64,000 bases of DNA from an uncultured virus (IMG/VR IMGVR_UViG_3300034759_000204) (lineage: Duplodnaviria; Heunggongvirae; Uroviricota; Caudoviricetes), in IMG/VR virus record IMGVR_UViG_3300034759_000204; one strand, written 5' to 3'. Under the pieces are notes generated by a model, which did no database searches, was not told the DNA's origin, and saw nothing but the letters and a program-made list of their open reading frames with translations. Shown in pieces: positions 1 to 12,648 of this stretch. The stretch's first letter is position 1. Every line of letters begins with the position of its first letter. Both the position numbers and the translations under genes were made by a program.

Positions 1-1
1 A

Positions 2-712
2 TAGACTTTATTAGATCAACTTGCTGATCAGAATTTAAAAGATCAGGTGGTTTATTTAGATCCAGTAAAAGATTAGGAAGTTGTTGAATAGTTAAGTGAA
101 TTACGTAAGTACTAGTCTGCTGATTAGGAAAATCAAAATATTATTTCTTCATATACTGAAGAAACTAAAAAGATTCCATATAACTATAGCGATAGTAATT
201 TAGGTAATAATGTTGAATTAAATGGTGTATCACCATATGCTATTTATTATGAGGACTATCTGGCTTAGCTAGAAATAGAACAATCTATATAGCCTACTTT
301 TGATGATTTAAAAAATATGTCTTATTATGATGGAAATAAAACTTATGGTGATGATTATAGTAATTTAGATATTCCTGATTTAGAACAATGTATAGATGAA
401 GGTACTTGGAGAGATAGATTATTTTGGAAGTTTGTCATTAATGAAGATAGATACTGGGATTTGACGTATGTTCTAATAAAATTTGCTTTAGGTCCATTAG
501 AAAGTTTTTTAAATTGGTTTTTACATAAAATAAAAAGTATAAAAATAGCTGGTTGGTATCCATTCAATTGGGTGAAATACACTAAATTCGCTGAACAATT
601 TTAGTATGATGTAGCAAAAAAATACGATAGTATGTTTTGTGGTACGCCTACATTTTATAAAAACTATACTGGTGATAAATACGGTTTATCACAGTTTTTG
701 AATGACTTGTGA
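2..712 (+). CDS. Hypothetical protein, 5' truncated by window edge (TAG read as sense)
   Basis: Frame is open from position 2 to TGA 710-712 when TAG is read through. It includes track ORF 317..604 and is followed by GGAGG and the ATG at 729. Confidence 0.7.
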
Positions 713-728
713 TTGGAGGTTTTAAAAT

Positions 729-1694
729 ATGGGACTTTTTTCTAAAATAGGTAAAGGTATTAAAAATGTTGCGAAAGGTGTTGGTAATGCGGTTAAGTCT
801 GTAGCAAAAGGAGTAGGCAATGCTGTTAAATCTGTAGCTGAAGGTGTTGGAAATGCTGTTAAATCAGTAGTAAATACTGTTACTAGTTTTTTCTCTGATG
901 GAAAAACTGCTGAACAAGTATTAGATAGCTTTATTAATGCTTCTGGTAGAGTTGATACTGGCAATTAGTTAATAGACTCCCTGTTTTCTGATTAGTAGAA
1001 TCATGTACCTTCTTATTTCAACAACAAATAGTTTTTTAGAATGATGGATAAAGATAGCAGATTATATTCTCAACTTATAACTTATGTGTTAGAAGAAAAA
1101 TTTTCTTTATCACCTTATTCTAAAAGTTATACATCTAATATTGATCAATTTGAAAAAGATTATTCTTATAACAATTTTAATTTACCTGAAGATATATTTT
1201 TTGTTTAGGGCAAGGATAATATAAAGCAAGCACAAAATGGTAATTATACTAATTTACTTAATTTTCTTTGTAATTTTTATAAGATAAATAAAGGATTTTT
1301 GAATATTGATGAAACAGACGAAAAAATAGTTAATTTAATAGGTTCTTAGATAACACTTTTTAGGGCATATTCTGGTGAGTTTTTTCCATTAACTCCAGAT
1401 TATAAAACTTTCCCTGATAAATATCTTTATAATATTTATCCTGATTTTAAAAGAAAACCTGTTTCTAATAACAATAAATTTAATACTAAATTAAAACCTA
1501 AATATTCAAATAATCTTTAGTCAAATTAGAAAAAATTATTTAATCCATCACAACAAATAAAAAACAGGTACCAAAATGGTCTAAAAGATAAAAAAATAAA
1601 TGGACATGCTGGATTAGTTCATTTTGGAGTAAAGAATGTTTAGTCTAATTTAAAAAGTAATTAGAAATTTATTAGTAACAAGTTTAGGAGGTAA
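729..1694 (+). CDS. Hypothetical protein (321 aa) with N-terminal 11-aa amphipathic repeats (KGVGNAVKSVA)
   Basis: GGAGG RBS and ATG 729. Frame is open through several TAGs to TAA 1692-1694, where its last codons (AGGAGG) form the next gene's RBS. Confidence 0.8.
742..880 (+). repeat. 33-bp / 11-aa tandem coding repeat (~4 copies)
   Basis: SKIGKGIKNVA-KGVGNAVKSVA-KGVGNAVKSVA-EGVGNAVKSVV is visible in both the translation and the DNA. Confidence 0.85.
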
Positions 1695-1698
1695 TTTC

Positions 1699-3288
1699 AT
1701 GGCTAATGCTTTGAATACTTATATTTGGAATAAAGAAAATTTTGAAAAAGTTTATGGAATATCAAAAGAAGAGGCTAGTAATATTAGCAAAGAAAAAGGC
1801 AAAGTAGAATTGTTAATAGAACAAGCTGATAATGTAATAAGTGATTTAGATAACGTTATAAACGTATACGGTGAAGCTAGTACTGATTGGTTGATATAGA
1901 TTTTATGTTGTACTCAATATTATCAATAGATATGGAATATTGTTTTTAATAAAGAACTATTAGAAGATCCAAATATGTTTGATAAATTAAAAGATGTGTT
2001 TGATGATGAAGGTAATATTTTATATAACTTCAATGAATTTTTTAGTAATTTAACTAATAAAGATGAATCAGCTATTTAGTAGTCTTTTGATAAAATTAAA
2101 AATTTATTAGAAACTATAAAAAATTTATTAGAAGTTAGTTTAGTATTTAAAAATTTTAAATTCCCAACATTAAGCCAAATGAATTTTGGTTCAATAGCAA
2201 CAGCAATTATTAATGCTATAATTGGGTTTTTCCTTGATAGTCTGTTAGAGTTTGTAAGTAAAAACATAACATCTAAATTAACTTCAAATGATAAATTTAA
2301 TGATATTTTTGTTACTATGCAAAATTTAGTTAAAGTATTTTATACTTGTGATGATTCATAGAGTTTATCTGGTACTGTGTTATTAGAAAAATTAAATAGT
2401 GAATTAAATTAGTTATTAGGATTCACTAATTAGATAGAATTTAATGATTTTTTTAAATAGTTGGAGAGTTTAATAGAACTAAAAGATAAGCAAGACCCTA
2501 GTTTAGATGATGTTGAAAGTGCTCTTAAAGAAGTTGCAAATAAATGGAATAATATAGGTACAGACGGGCAAGTATAGGCACAATTTTTAGGAAAAATAAA
2601 TTCAAATCTATGCTCTGATTGTTCTGTTTTTATTCATTTGTTTTTTGCACTTGTAGATGGGTAGTTTGAAGCTATACAATAGTATGCTAATAAAATATTA
2701 GATATGTTGTCAAATTTTTATGTTCATATAGAATTTGAAGTTAAAGAAATAGAATTATTTGCTATTATAGAACAGATTATAGATTTTTTAGATAACTTAA
2801 TAAAACTTTTTAATTCACCAAAACGTTTAATTAATAAACTTAAACAATTAGATTTTGATTCTTGTTATAGTTTCTTTAATGGATTAACTGTTGAATATTA
2901 TGATAAAGAAAAACAAGAGCCTGTAAATTAGTCATTAACAGATTTTTTAAATAAAACTTTAAATGTAGAAAATAAAAAAACAAAAAATGACATGATTGCT
3001 CAAATACAACAAGGACGTATAATAAATCAAGTGCCTATACAAAGCTATTTAAATAATGTAGTTACATCAACGCCAACACAGAATTTAGATTAGGGTGATA
3101 TATCAACTTCAGATTTAGGTACATTATATACAGAATTACAATCTATGTTTGATAAATCTTAGAATATAAAGGATATACAAGACGATAATGTCAAAGAATT
3201 ATTTGTTAATTTATTGAAGAATGTATCTACAAAAAATGACAATTATTATAACATTTTGAAGCGTATTAATTCAGACCTACGTTCATAA
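1699..3288 (+). CDS. Hypothetical helical protein (529 aa)
   Basis: AGGAGG RBS. Track ORFs 1699, 2179 and 2704 share a frame and are joined by TAG read-through. Ends TAA 3286-3288. Confidence 0.8.
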
Positions 3289-3291
3289 TAC

Positions 3292-3300
3292 TTGTTAATT
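3292..3300 (+). promoter_or_regulatory. TTGTTAATT motif, candidate late promoter element upstream of portal
   Basis: The same 9-mer recurs in intergenic gaps at 12590, 19192, 32129 and 39180, mostly about 20-30 nt before a start codon. Confidence 0.45.
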
Positions 3301-3320
3301 TTTTAAGTGAGGTGCCAAAC

Positions 3321-4700
3321 ATGGGACTATTTGATTTTTTTACTGATAGAAGAGATAAAAATACTGTTCCTAATTCAAAAATAACTGTTGTAAAAACACC
3401 AAAATTTTTATTAAACAAAACAAATTCTTTTGGAAATTCTTATAAATATAACTCATATTTTGCTGAGTTATATGCTGCTTATAGTAATAACGGAACTTTT
3501 TTTAGAGCTGTGTCTAAAATTAAAGAACTAATATTTAGACATGGTTTTCATATTTATTCTAGTGATAAAGAAATTATGGATTATATTAATGCAAGAATAA
3601 GGCAGATTGAAACTACTAGTAATAAACCTTTTAGCAATATTATACGTAATTTGACTACTGATTATGTGTTATATGGAAATTGTTTTTTATATAAATACAG
3701 AGATGAAAAAAATACATTTGGCAAATCTTATGTAGATTTTGATGGAAAACAAACTAAACCTATATCTGCTGTTTTTCATGTACCAGCTAGATTTGTATCT
3801 TATAATGAAGATACAAACAAATATATTGTAGATAAAGAATTTTATAACATGTTTTCTAATATGTCTGTTTATGATAACTCTATTTAGGACGTTAATTCCG
3901 ATAACAGGGCAATAAATGCAAAAGATATGATGCATTTAAAAAGTGAAGAAATAGGAGAGTTTTTCCCAGGTGGTTTTTAGAGTAGAGCTTTATCAACACT
4001 TGTTATTTTAGCTTCTTTAGAAGATATAGCCGAAAACATGATAGAAAATAGACAATTTTTTGTAACTGTCTATACTGTTGGCACAAAGGATAAACCAGGT
4101 AATAGAGAAGATATTGAAACTGTAAAATCAGATTTAGAAAATGCTTCTGAAGATGGAATGCTAATTATTCCAGGTAACCATGATATAAATATAAAAAATA
4201 TGTCTAGCTTAAAAGATATTAAAGAATATATAGATTATTTTAAAACAAAGTTATTAAACGAATTAGGTATATCTTCTGTTGGTTTAGGTGAAGGTGGATA
4301 GGCTAATAGAGCTACTGCAGAAGAAGCTAATTCTATAACTTATGATTTAGTGAAAAATATACAAGACTCATTTTCTGAACAGTTTAATTTCTATTTTTTA
4401 CGTGAACTTTTAAAAGAAAAGAAAGATTTCAAAAAAGAAGAAATTTTTTATTTAGAAGATAATGAATTACCTAAATTAGTTTTCCCAGAACCAGATACTG
4501 AGTTAATGATTAAATTGAATACACATGAAGTATTTAAATTTGAACATTCTATACAAACTGAAGATGAATCTAGAAATAATATGAATATGGAACCTATAAA
4601 GGATAGAAGTAAACTGTTCCAAAACTTATACGGTAAAGGTGCTAATTCTTAGGAAACAAATAATCTAAACCAACCACAAAATCAGCATTCAAATCAATAA
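3321..4700 (+). CDS. Portal protein (459 aa)
   Basis: GAGGTG RBS and ATG 3321. Portal-like motifs DYVLYGNCFLYK, YTVGTKDKPG, LGISSVGLGEGG*ANRATA and C-terminal QPQNQH. Lies just upstream of the protease and capsid genes. Ends TAA 4698-4700. Confidence 0.8.
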
Positions 4701-4714
4701 TGGAGGTGTTTAAT

Positions 4715-6445
4715 GTGTATTTAGAATTCAAAAACGCTGTTTTAAAAACTAATAAATTTAAAGACTCATCAAAAAACAAAGTTTATGTTATATAGACCCA
4801 TTCTGATATGCCAATAAATAACAGGTTGTATTTATAGGAAGAACTAGAAAAAGCTGTTAATACATTTACAGATCCTTTTAAAAAGCCTATATTATTACAT
4901 CATGATGATTGGTCAGAACCAATAGGTAGAGTTAATAATTAGGTATATTATCCAAAAGCATCCGTTGGTGAAGCTGAAAATTATTATGGAGTAAAAATAA
5001 ATGTACCAGAGGAATCAACTGGTTTTGTGCTTTTAGAATGCGAAATAATGAATGAATCAATTTATAAGAAAATAGAAGATGGTATATACAATACTGTGTC
5101 TATAGGATTTAGGGCAAAACAACTAACATGCAACATATGTGGTGCTGATATTACTGATATTGGAGACTACCTTGAACATGAACATCAAGCTGGCAAAGTA
5201 TACGATGGACGAACTATGTATGTAGTTCCTCACGGAATAGTATTTGATGAAATTAGTTATGTCAATACGCCTGCTGACCCTTATGCTGTAACTATTAAAT
5301 TAGGTGAGAAAGAAGAAATTTCTGAATTAGAGTTTGTTAATTATGTTAATGATATAGTTAAATCTTCTATTAAAACCCAATTTACAGATGAAAATAATGT
5401 AGACCCTGTTAACAAAGAATATGTTAATTCTGATAATGGAGGTATAAAAATGGATGATAAATTGAAGTAGTTAGAAGATAAAGTTGCTGGTTTAGAATCT
5501 AAAATAAATAGTTTAACTGAATTTGTTGATTCTTTCAAATTAAAACAGAAAGAAGATTTTGTTAATTCAATTTTAGATTTAAAAGAAAAATTAGGTGTTA
5601 TAAATAGAGAAGAAAATTTTAAAAAACTTATTGGTAAAGATGAAGAGTTTCTTTCAAATCTAAAAGAAGAATTAGAAGAATTAGTTGTAAGTAAACAAGA
5701 AAAATCAGGCGATGTAAAAGAAGAAGAAAAAAAAGATGAAGAAATGAAAACAGAAAATAGTGAAGATACGAAAGATAATGAAAAAACAGATGATAAACAT
5801 GAAGACAAAAAAGATAGTGAACAAGAAAAAAAAGAAGATGGCGAACAAGAAAAAAAAGAAATAAATACTGAAGAAAAAAATACTGATAGTGAAAAAACAG
5901 AAAAAGAAGAAAATGAAGAGAATGAAAAAAAAATAAATGATAGTGTTGTAAGTTATCAAGATTTATCTTTAGCTGATGAATCTGTAGATTGGGATGGAAG
6001 TAAAGCTAGATAGAATGTAAAAAAATGGGCTACAAAAGATAACGATGAGATCGATTGGTAGAAATATAGGAAAGCATTTCTTTGGTATGATTCTGAAAAA
6101 CCAGATATCGAAGGTTCATATAAACTGCCAATAGCTAATGTGTTTGATGGAACATTAAAAGCAGTACCTAAAGGTATTTATGCTGCTGCTGGTGCAGTAC
6201 AAGGTTCAAGAGGTGGAGTAGATATTCCAAAAGAAGATAAAGAGAAAGTAAAAAAACATCTTGATAAATATTATGCAAAATTAAAGAAAGACCCACCTTG
6301 GAAAGAAGATTCAAATAGTGAAGCGAAAGAAGAAGATTCAGAAAATCCAGAAATTCATATAGTTGATAAATTAGATACAGAAGAAGTGAAGGTCGTAAAA
6401 AAAAGTATAATGGATACTTTTAAAGAAATAGGTTTAATTAGCTAA
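4715..6445 (+). CDS. Prohead maturation protease fused to coiled-coil/acidic scaffold region and C-terminal head-associated domain (576 aa)
   Basis: GGAGGTG RBS and GTG 4715. Motifs I*TH, KPILLHHD..EPIGRV, KIEDGIYNTVSIG, CNICG and EISYVNTPAD, then an E/K-rich region and a WDG..KYRKAFLWYD..SYKLP..RGGVDIP domain. Ends TAA 6443-6445. Confidence 0.8.
5450..6445 (+). CDS. Probable nested, separately initiated scaffolding protein (in frame with the protease)
   Basis: GGAGGT at 5438-5443 is followed by an in-frame ATG at 5450 at the start of the coiled-coil region. TGTTAATT motif at 5422-5429. Confidence 0.5.
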
Positions 6446-6485
6446 ACATAGATTAATTAACTAAAAAACAGGAGGTAAAAAAAAT

Positions 6486-7232
6486 ATGGCTAGAATTACA
6501 AAGGCACCACAAAGATTATTTAGAACGTTCTCTACTGTGTCAGTTGTAGGTGGAGGATTAGGTAACAAACCAGCACCTTATTTGCCTATTATAGAATGGG
6601 ACAAAGATAACGAAATAGGTATTGTTATTAAAGAAGGAACTATAGTTGCTAGAGACGAAAACGGATATATTGTGCCAGCCAACGGTGGTGTAGATGTAAC
6701 ATTAACATATTCAGCTTTAGATGAAGAAGAGGGAGTTGTAAATAAGGCAGGTAATCCAGTTGTAGCTGGTGGAACAGAAACATTAAGTGCTAACAAACCA
6801 ATTGGTGTTGCAGAAAGCGATGTTTATGGTTATGCATGGCACACTGATTCTACTTATAAATTCCAAGAAGGAATCAATGTTATAAAAGAAGGATTAGCTA
6901 TGTGGGCATTATCTGATGCTACTGGTTTGTTACCTGGTGATTTTGTAAAACCTGGAACTGATGGTAAACCTGTAAAAATGGATTTGTCTACTGCTATATC
7001 AGGCGAACCTGCTGCTTTAGATCCAACAGTATTGATAGGTATGTTAGAACAAAAAGTTGGAAAAATCGAATTAATTGCTGATGCTAATGTTGATAAAACA
7101 TGGTTAGGTGGAGTTGATTTGTTAAGAACTCCTGCTGGATTAGGATTGCCAGGTCAAGAGACAAGTGGTGCAAACAACGGTTTAGATCCTAACACATTGT
7201 TAGGTTTAGTAGTATATTTCAATTTTGCTTAA
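6486..7232 (+). CDS. Head structural/decoration protein (248 aa)
   Basis: AGGAGG RBS. Gly/Val-rich protein immediately upstream of the major capsid gene. Contains no TAG codons. Confidence 0.7.
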   Translation: MARITKAPQRLFRTFSTVSVVGGGLGNKPAPYLPIIEWDKDNEIGIVIKEGTIVARDENGYIVPANGGVDVTLTYSALDEEEGVVNKAGNPVVAGGTETLSANKPIGVAESDVYGYAWHTDSTYKFQEGINVIKEGLAMWALSDATGLLPGDFVKPGTDGKPVKMDLSTAISGEPAALDPTVLIGMLEQKVGKIELIADANVDKTWLGGVDLLRTPAGLGLPGQETSGANNGLDPNTLLGLVVYFNFA

Positions 7233-7259
7233 TAATAAAAATAAATGGAGGTATTAAAT

Positions 7260-8483
7260 ATGATTAATTTTTATGACGTAGTTAAAGAATCAGTTGAAAA
7301 AGCATAGAAAAATTCAAATTTAAGAACATTTGATGATAAATATGAAGAAAATTTAAAAGAATTACAAACAGATGCAGCTTCAGAAATGTTGAAAACTTTG
7401 ATAGAAAATAACGGAAGAATAAATTATATATCAAATGTTTATGGCAATGGCAAAAAAATAAGTTTCAAAGACGAATTAATGACGTCTTAGCAGTTTAAAG
7501 AACTTATTCCAAGAGTTATTACTAAAGTCGTTATAGAAGCTGCTGAACCAGCTTTGGTATTAGTTAATATGTTGGATGAAATAACTTCAGATGGTATTTC
7601 AGTAGTCACACCTGTTATCTCTGGTTTTGGTTCTAACTTGGATATACCAGAAGGTGGAGAAGCACCAAGTTTCACAGTATCTACTGGTGGATTTAAAACA
7701 GCATCAATGGGTAAAAGTGGAATTGCTGTAACTTTGACTGAAGAAGCATATGAAACATTAGATTATTCAATATTCAATTATATTTTAAGACAAGCTGGTA
7801 AGGCTTTAGGTAGACATAAAGAAAGAAAAGCTTACAATATGATTAGTAAACATTCATCATTAGTTGCAACTGGTGGAACTGGTGTTGACCTTTAGGGAAC
7901 AGCTAATGGCACATTGACTTTCTCTGATATACTAAGTGCTGCTGTAAAAATATATGCTGCTGGTGGAGTAGCAGATACATTGATAATTAATACTTTAGCA
8001 GCTCCTGTATTCTTAATGAATCCATCTTTAAGATCACTTTTCTTATTATCGGGTGGAGATTTAGGAGATTTCTACGGTGGGAATGTAACTGTAGCAAGAA
8101 CTACTCAACCAGAACTAGCACATTATTTACAAAGCCAAGTACCGGCGTATAAAAAAGTTCAATTCCCTTCAAATGTATTTGGAAGAGGTTTAAATGTTGT
8201 ATTAACTGATTTTGCTGATTATGATGAAGCAAATGCTCAAACTGATATAATTGTTGCTGATTCTTCTATGTTAGGTTTCAATGTTGTAAAGCAAAGACCT
8301 ATGACAGATCAGTGGACAGATCCAGCAAGAGATATTAGAAACTTCAAGATTACTGAAAGATATTCGTTAGTACCTAAAGCAGTAGCCAAAGAAGGGGAAC
8401 CTTCTCCTTATATACAAGTAATTAAAGACGTTGCTGTTAAGAAAGGTTTCGATCCAGAATTAGTTACTAGAAATTTGGTTTGA
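7260..8483 (+). CDS. Major capsid protein (407 aa, HK97-like fold)
   Basis: GGAGGT RBS and ATG 7260. TAGs at 7305, 7488 and 7893 are read through. Motifs LIPRVITKVVIEAAEP, DIPEGGEAP, KSGIAVTLTEE, LRQAGKALGRHKE and DPARDIRNFKITERY. Followed by a terminator. Confidence 0.85.
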
Positions 8484-8500
8484 TAATCTTGTTATTATTG

Positions 8501-8540
8501 ATCTGGGGTTGGGGTTTCCCATTTAAACCCCAGATTTTTT
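8501..8540 (+). terminator. Rho-independent terminator after major capsid gene
   Basis: ATCTGGGGTT ... AACCCCAGAT inverted repeat followed by a T-run. Confidence 0.75.
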
Positions 8541-8574
8541 AATTTTAAAATCGCCCAAATTGAGGTGAAAAACA

Positions 8575-9837
8575 TTGAATATAACTAATGTTTCAATATC
8601 AGAAGGGCAAGTTGTTGATTTAAATGGTTCTATACAAATAATATTTGATGACATTATAAATGAATCAACATTTAATAACAACACAGTTTATCTATTGGAT
8701 GAATTTGGTAATAGAGTTGATATTAATTTAGAAATTGTAGATGTACAAACTGTGTTAGTTAATTATAATAATTTAAAATCAACAACACAATATACTTTAT
8801 ATATTTTAAATAATACAATAACACAAGATGGAGTTCAAAGTATATTAGGTGAAACACTAATTTCTGATTATACTTTGACTTTTGTTACTAGAAATGTTAT
8901 TGAAACTGATACTATAATAGATTATACAGATCAAAATATTGAAGGTATAGATATTTCTGATAAACCTATAAAATTGTATAATCAAGGTAATGCTGTTTAT
9001 TGGGAATATAATCCTATAAAATTTGATGGTGTTTTAACATAGATTTTTGATAATCAAGAACATTAGAATAAATTTCCAGAAATAGTTAATATTGAAATTG
9101 AAGATGTATATTAGAATCCAATTCCTGTTTATATATTTTATTCTATTGATTAGAATAAAGTAAATATAAATATTGTACAACAGGATGGTTCAATATTACC
9201 TAATAATTAGATTGTATATATATTATTAGATGATGATACTATTTCTAAAAACAAAGAATTATTAGTTATAACTGATATATCACCAAAACCTGTTTCTAAA
9301 ATTTTCTTAAAACGTAATTTAGGTACTTTATAGAATGATTTAGGTGATTAGTTATTTACTTCAATTTATTTAGAATAGTTGATAGAGTATGAGGATTTAT
9401 AGAAACTACCATCAGTTACACCTTATAACGGCTTAGTTAGTGCTAGAAAAGAAGCTGTTGAAATTAATAGCTAGCCTTATTTGGAATTAAATACTGAGTT
9501 TGCTGTAGTTTAGACTTCTAGTAGTTATTCAATAACAAAAGATTCTAAACAATTCAATATTTTTAAGAATATAGTGTTATCAAAAATTTTAGAATATTTT
9601 GTTTTAAATTCTAATAATTATGACAGAATAAGTTTGGAAAATATAACTATTTCTTATAACACAGTATCATTGAAGAAAATGTAGGATGATTATAAGCAAA
9701 AATAGTTAGAGTTAATATAGAAATCTAAACCAGTAGGACCCGCAGTAGCTAAAAGAGGTTTATATGGTGGTATAGATAGAACAAAGATTAAAACTCTATC
9801 TAGACTTTATTCTAAATTAAACGTCTATGAGGATTGA
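8575..9837 (+). CDS. Ig-like domain neck/head-completion protein (420 aa)
   Basis: GAGGTG RBS and TTG start. N-terminal Ig-like pattern (IQIIFDDIINESTF..LKSTTQYTLYI..SILGETL..DYTLTFVT). 14 in-frame TAGs. Ends TGA 9835-9837. Confidence 0.6.
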
Positions 9838-9842
9838 TGATC

Positions 9843-10256
9843 ATGCCTAATAGTTTTATACAAGAAATTGATAATTTAATACAAAAATATGGTGAAATTT
9901 TAGTTTTAAGACATGAAGAAGATAATGATTATAAAGATATTATAGTTAAAGGCTGGTCAGATAATTTATCACCATTAATAGGTACTAAAAAATTTCAACA
10001 ACTGTTTACTTTAGGTTTAGAATCAAATAGTATAAAAAATTTCTTTATATTAAAAAAATATATTCCTGAAGGATTTAAAGTATATAAAGACGATTTAGTT
10101 TTAACATTAGATAAATCAGAATATCAAAAAGGGAATATTAAAATTATTGAGAAATATATTATTACTTACAAGACAGAAGGTATTGTGTTTGGAAGTGATT
10201 AGTATCTTTAGTTGCATTGTGATGAATATCGATTTTCTGAGGAGTCTAGATTATGA
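9843..10256 (+). CDS. Putative head closure/neck protein (137 aa)
   Basis: Synteny between capsid and sheath. N-terminal IDNLIQKYGEILVLRH. Ends TGA, overlapping the next ATG (ATGA). Confidence 0.5.
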
Positions 10257-10855
10257 TTGATGAAATGGCTAAAGGCAATATCAAAATTTCATAGCAAAAT
10301 ATTTTAGTGTTAAAAGATTAGTTTATAGAAGGGTTTAAACAATATATAAGTATTAAAAAAAGTTTCTTACCAAACAAAATATCGTTTAGACCATTTGTTG
10401 CCAAATTAGATGATAGTTTAGATGAAGGTATATTGTCTATGTTCAAAGATTATGATTTTGTTATTCAATATCTTATACCAAAAATACAAATAAGATCTAT
10501 ACAAGGTAAAAAACCTATAGGTCCTATGTTTATATCTTCAGATGAAGAAGGATCAAAATATAGATTTCAAAAACAATATAATTTAATGTTTGAAATTTTT
10601 GGTATAAATTATGATAAAACATTTTAGTTATAGGATGAATTATTTGATTATTAGTATTTGTTTAAAGATTTAAATATAGAAAGTGAATATGAATTTTTAA
10701 ATATAGATACAGCAAAAGCTTCATATTAGCAATTAATAAATGGAACCCTATTGTATGGATAGAATGTTAATTTAGATATAGTTACTAATGTAGATATATC
10801 AGAATATTAGAGCATTATAAGAAGCATATCAATTTCTTCTGAAATAGAAAAATAA
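10253..10855 (+). CDS. Putative tail completion/terminator protein (200 aa)
   Basis: ATGA coupling and GAGGAG RBS. Open to TAA 10853-10855 with TAG read-through. Lies directly before the sheath gene. Confidence 0.5.
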
Positions 10856-10875
10856 AAAAAGGAGCGTGACTTTTA

Positions 10876-12519
10876 ATGAGTTTACCAAAGATTACTACAA
10901 GTGTATAGTTTGTAGCACAATAGCAAGAACCGCCAAAAACATTACCAAAAATCGTATTTTTATCATCAGAATATGATTCAATATACAAAGCAAACGAACC
11001 TTTTTACATTTACTCTTAGTCTGATGCGTAGTTAAAATTGAATGGGAAATTGTTATCTAAAGTTGTTGACTCGTTAGATACATTTTCAACTGTTGATGAA
11101 GTTACTGGTGAAATAAGAAGAGAAGCTGTAGTTGTACCAGTAGAATTAGCCATACCTAAATATTTGGACACTGTATCAAATCCATTAGTTACTGGAGGAG
11201 ATACTGGAGAAGTAACAGTTCAAACTGGAAATACATATGTTAGTGGAGTTGAATCTAACTTTGATTTGGATTTTGGTGCTAATTTACAAATACTTATTAC
11301 ACATGATACTACCGCTGGTTTAACTTAGACTATAAAATTAGATAGTGAAAGTTCTTATACTGGTTCAGTACCAGAAAGTTCATTGACTGGTTTAACTACT
11401 GGTGGAAGTATTGAAGTTCCAATTGACGGTTTAGAAGGCGAAATATTAACAATAACTTTGTCAACTGATCCAACCGTTGGAAATTGGAGCTCTATTGTTA
11501 ATGTGGAATATTATAGAAAACCAACTAGTATAGCGGAAAAGATTATTGCTTTAGAAATAGCTTTAGATAAACTTGAAGGTTATCCTTCAGAATATGTTAT
11601 ATTCGATGAAGCTAGCTTCGGAGAGTATTTAGATGATGATACTGGATTGGTTATTGAATAGGCTGACGTAACTAAACTAAGTGAAGCTATGGGAAAAGAA
11701 GGATTTACTGTAAGTTCAACTGTATCTGGTGATTTAGACTTAACAGATTAGGCAACAGTAACAGAATTTTATAAAAATAATGATTTAGCTGTTAGAGTTG
11801 CTGATTATTGCCATAAAAATTCTGATCAATTCAGAAGGGTACTAGCTGTATTAAGTGCTATAAGGCCACAATTCGGTTCTTATTCTGCAATTAAATCACA
11901 TACACAAAAACTTATAGCTTTAAATTCAAATGAACAAATAAAAAAGATAAGAGATACATATGGTGAATATATAGTTGTAAACAATATTTTTGATAAAAAC
12001 TTAGAACCTATGACAAATATGGTTTTAAGGTTAATGTATAAAAAATCATTTAACGATTCTTTTTATAACACATATTTATCAGATGATAATGCAGTTAACG
12101 TGGCTAATATAGTACCTTATAAATTTGCTGATAGTTTGGATGAAGCTGGTTATGTATTTACTAAATATGACGAATCGTTTGTTGTTATCCCATTCCTTAG
12201 AACTATGAATAGTGCAAATAAACAGTCTGTTAGAACTATTAAGTTGATAAACAACATATTAAATGAAACTAGAGATATAGCTAAAAAATATATTGGTAGA
12301 CCAAACAGTGCAATAAACAGAACATTGTTATCAGACGAAATTAATAGTAATTTAGCTAACAATTATACATAGCAAAATAAGATTTAGAGTGGTAGAGCTG
12401 AAGTTAGAGTAGGAGAAACATCAGGTGCTATTGGTGCGTTGAATGTCTATATAATTATCAAAGATTTCTACGAAATTGGTGACATAAAGATTTATATGAC
12501 ATACGAAAAAACTGCTTAA
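10876..12519 (+). CDS. Tail sheath protein (547 aa)
   Basis: AAGGAG RBS. Track ORFs 11038, 11383 and 12010 join in one frame. C-terminus RTIKLINNILNETRDIAKKYIGRPNSAINRTLLSDEINSNL..GALNVYIIIKDFYEIGDIKIYM is typical of sheath C-terminal domains. Confidence 0.75.
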
Positions 12520-12601
12520 TCAAAAAACATCTTTTAAATATAGTATAATTATATGGGTGTAAATTGGATAAAAAATTGCTTTATAATATTTGTTAATTTA
12601 T

Positions 12602-12632
12602 GTCGATAGGTTAAATCCCTATCGACTTTTTT
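12602..12632 (+). terminator. Terminator-like hairpin after sheath gene
   Basis: GTCGATAGG-loop-CCTATCGAC followed by TTTTTT. Confidence 0.75.
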
Positions 12633-12648
12633 GTTGGAGTTGGTATAT

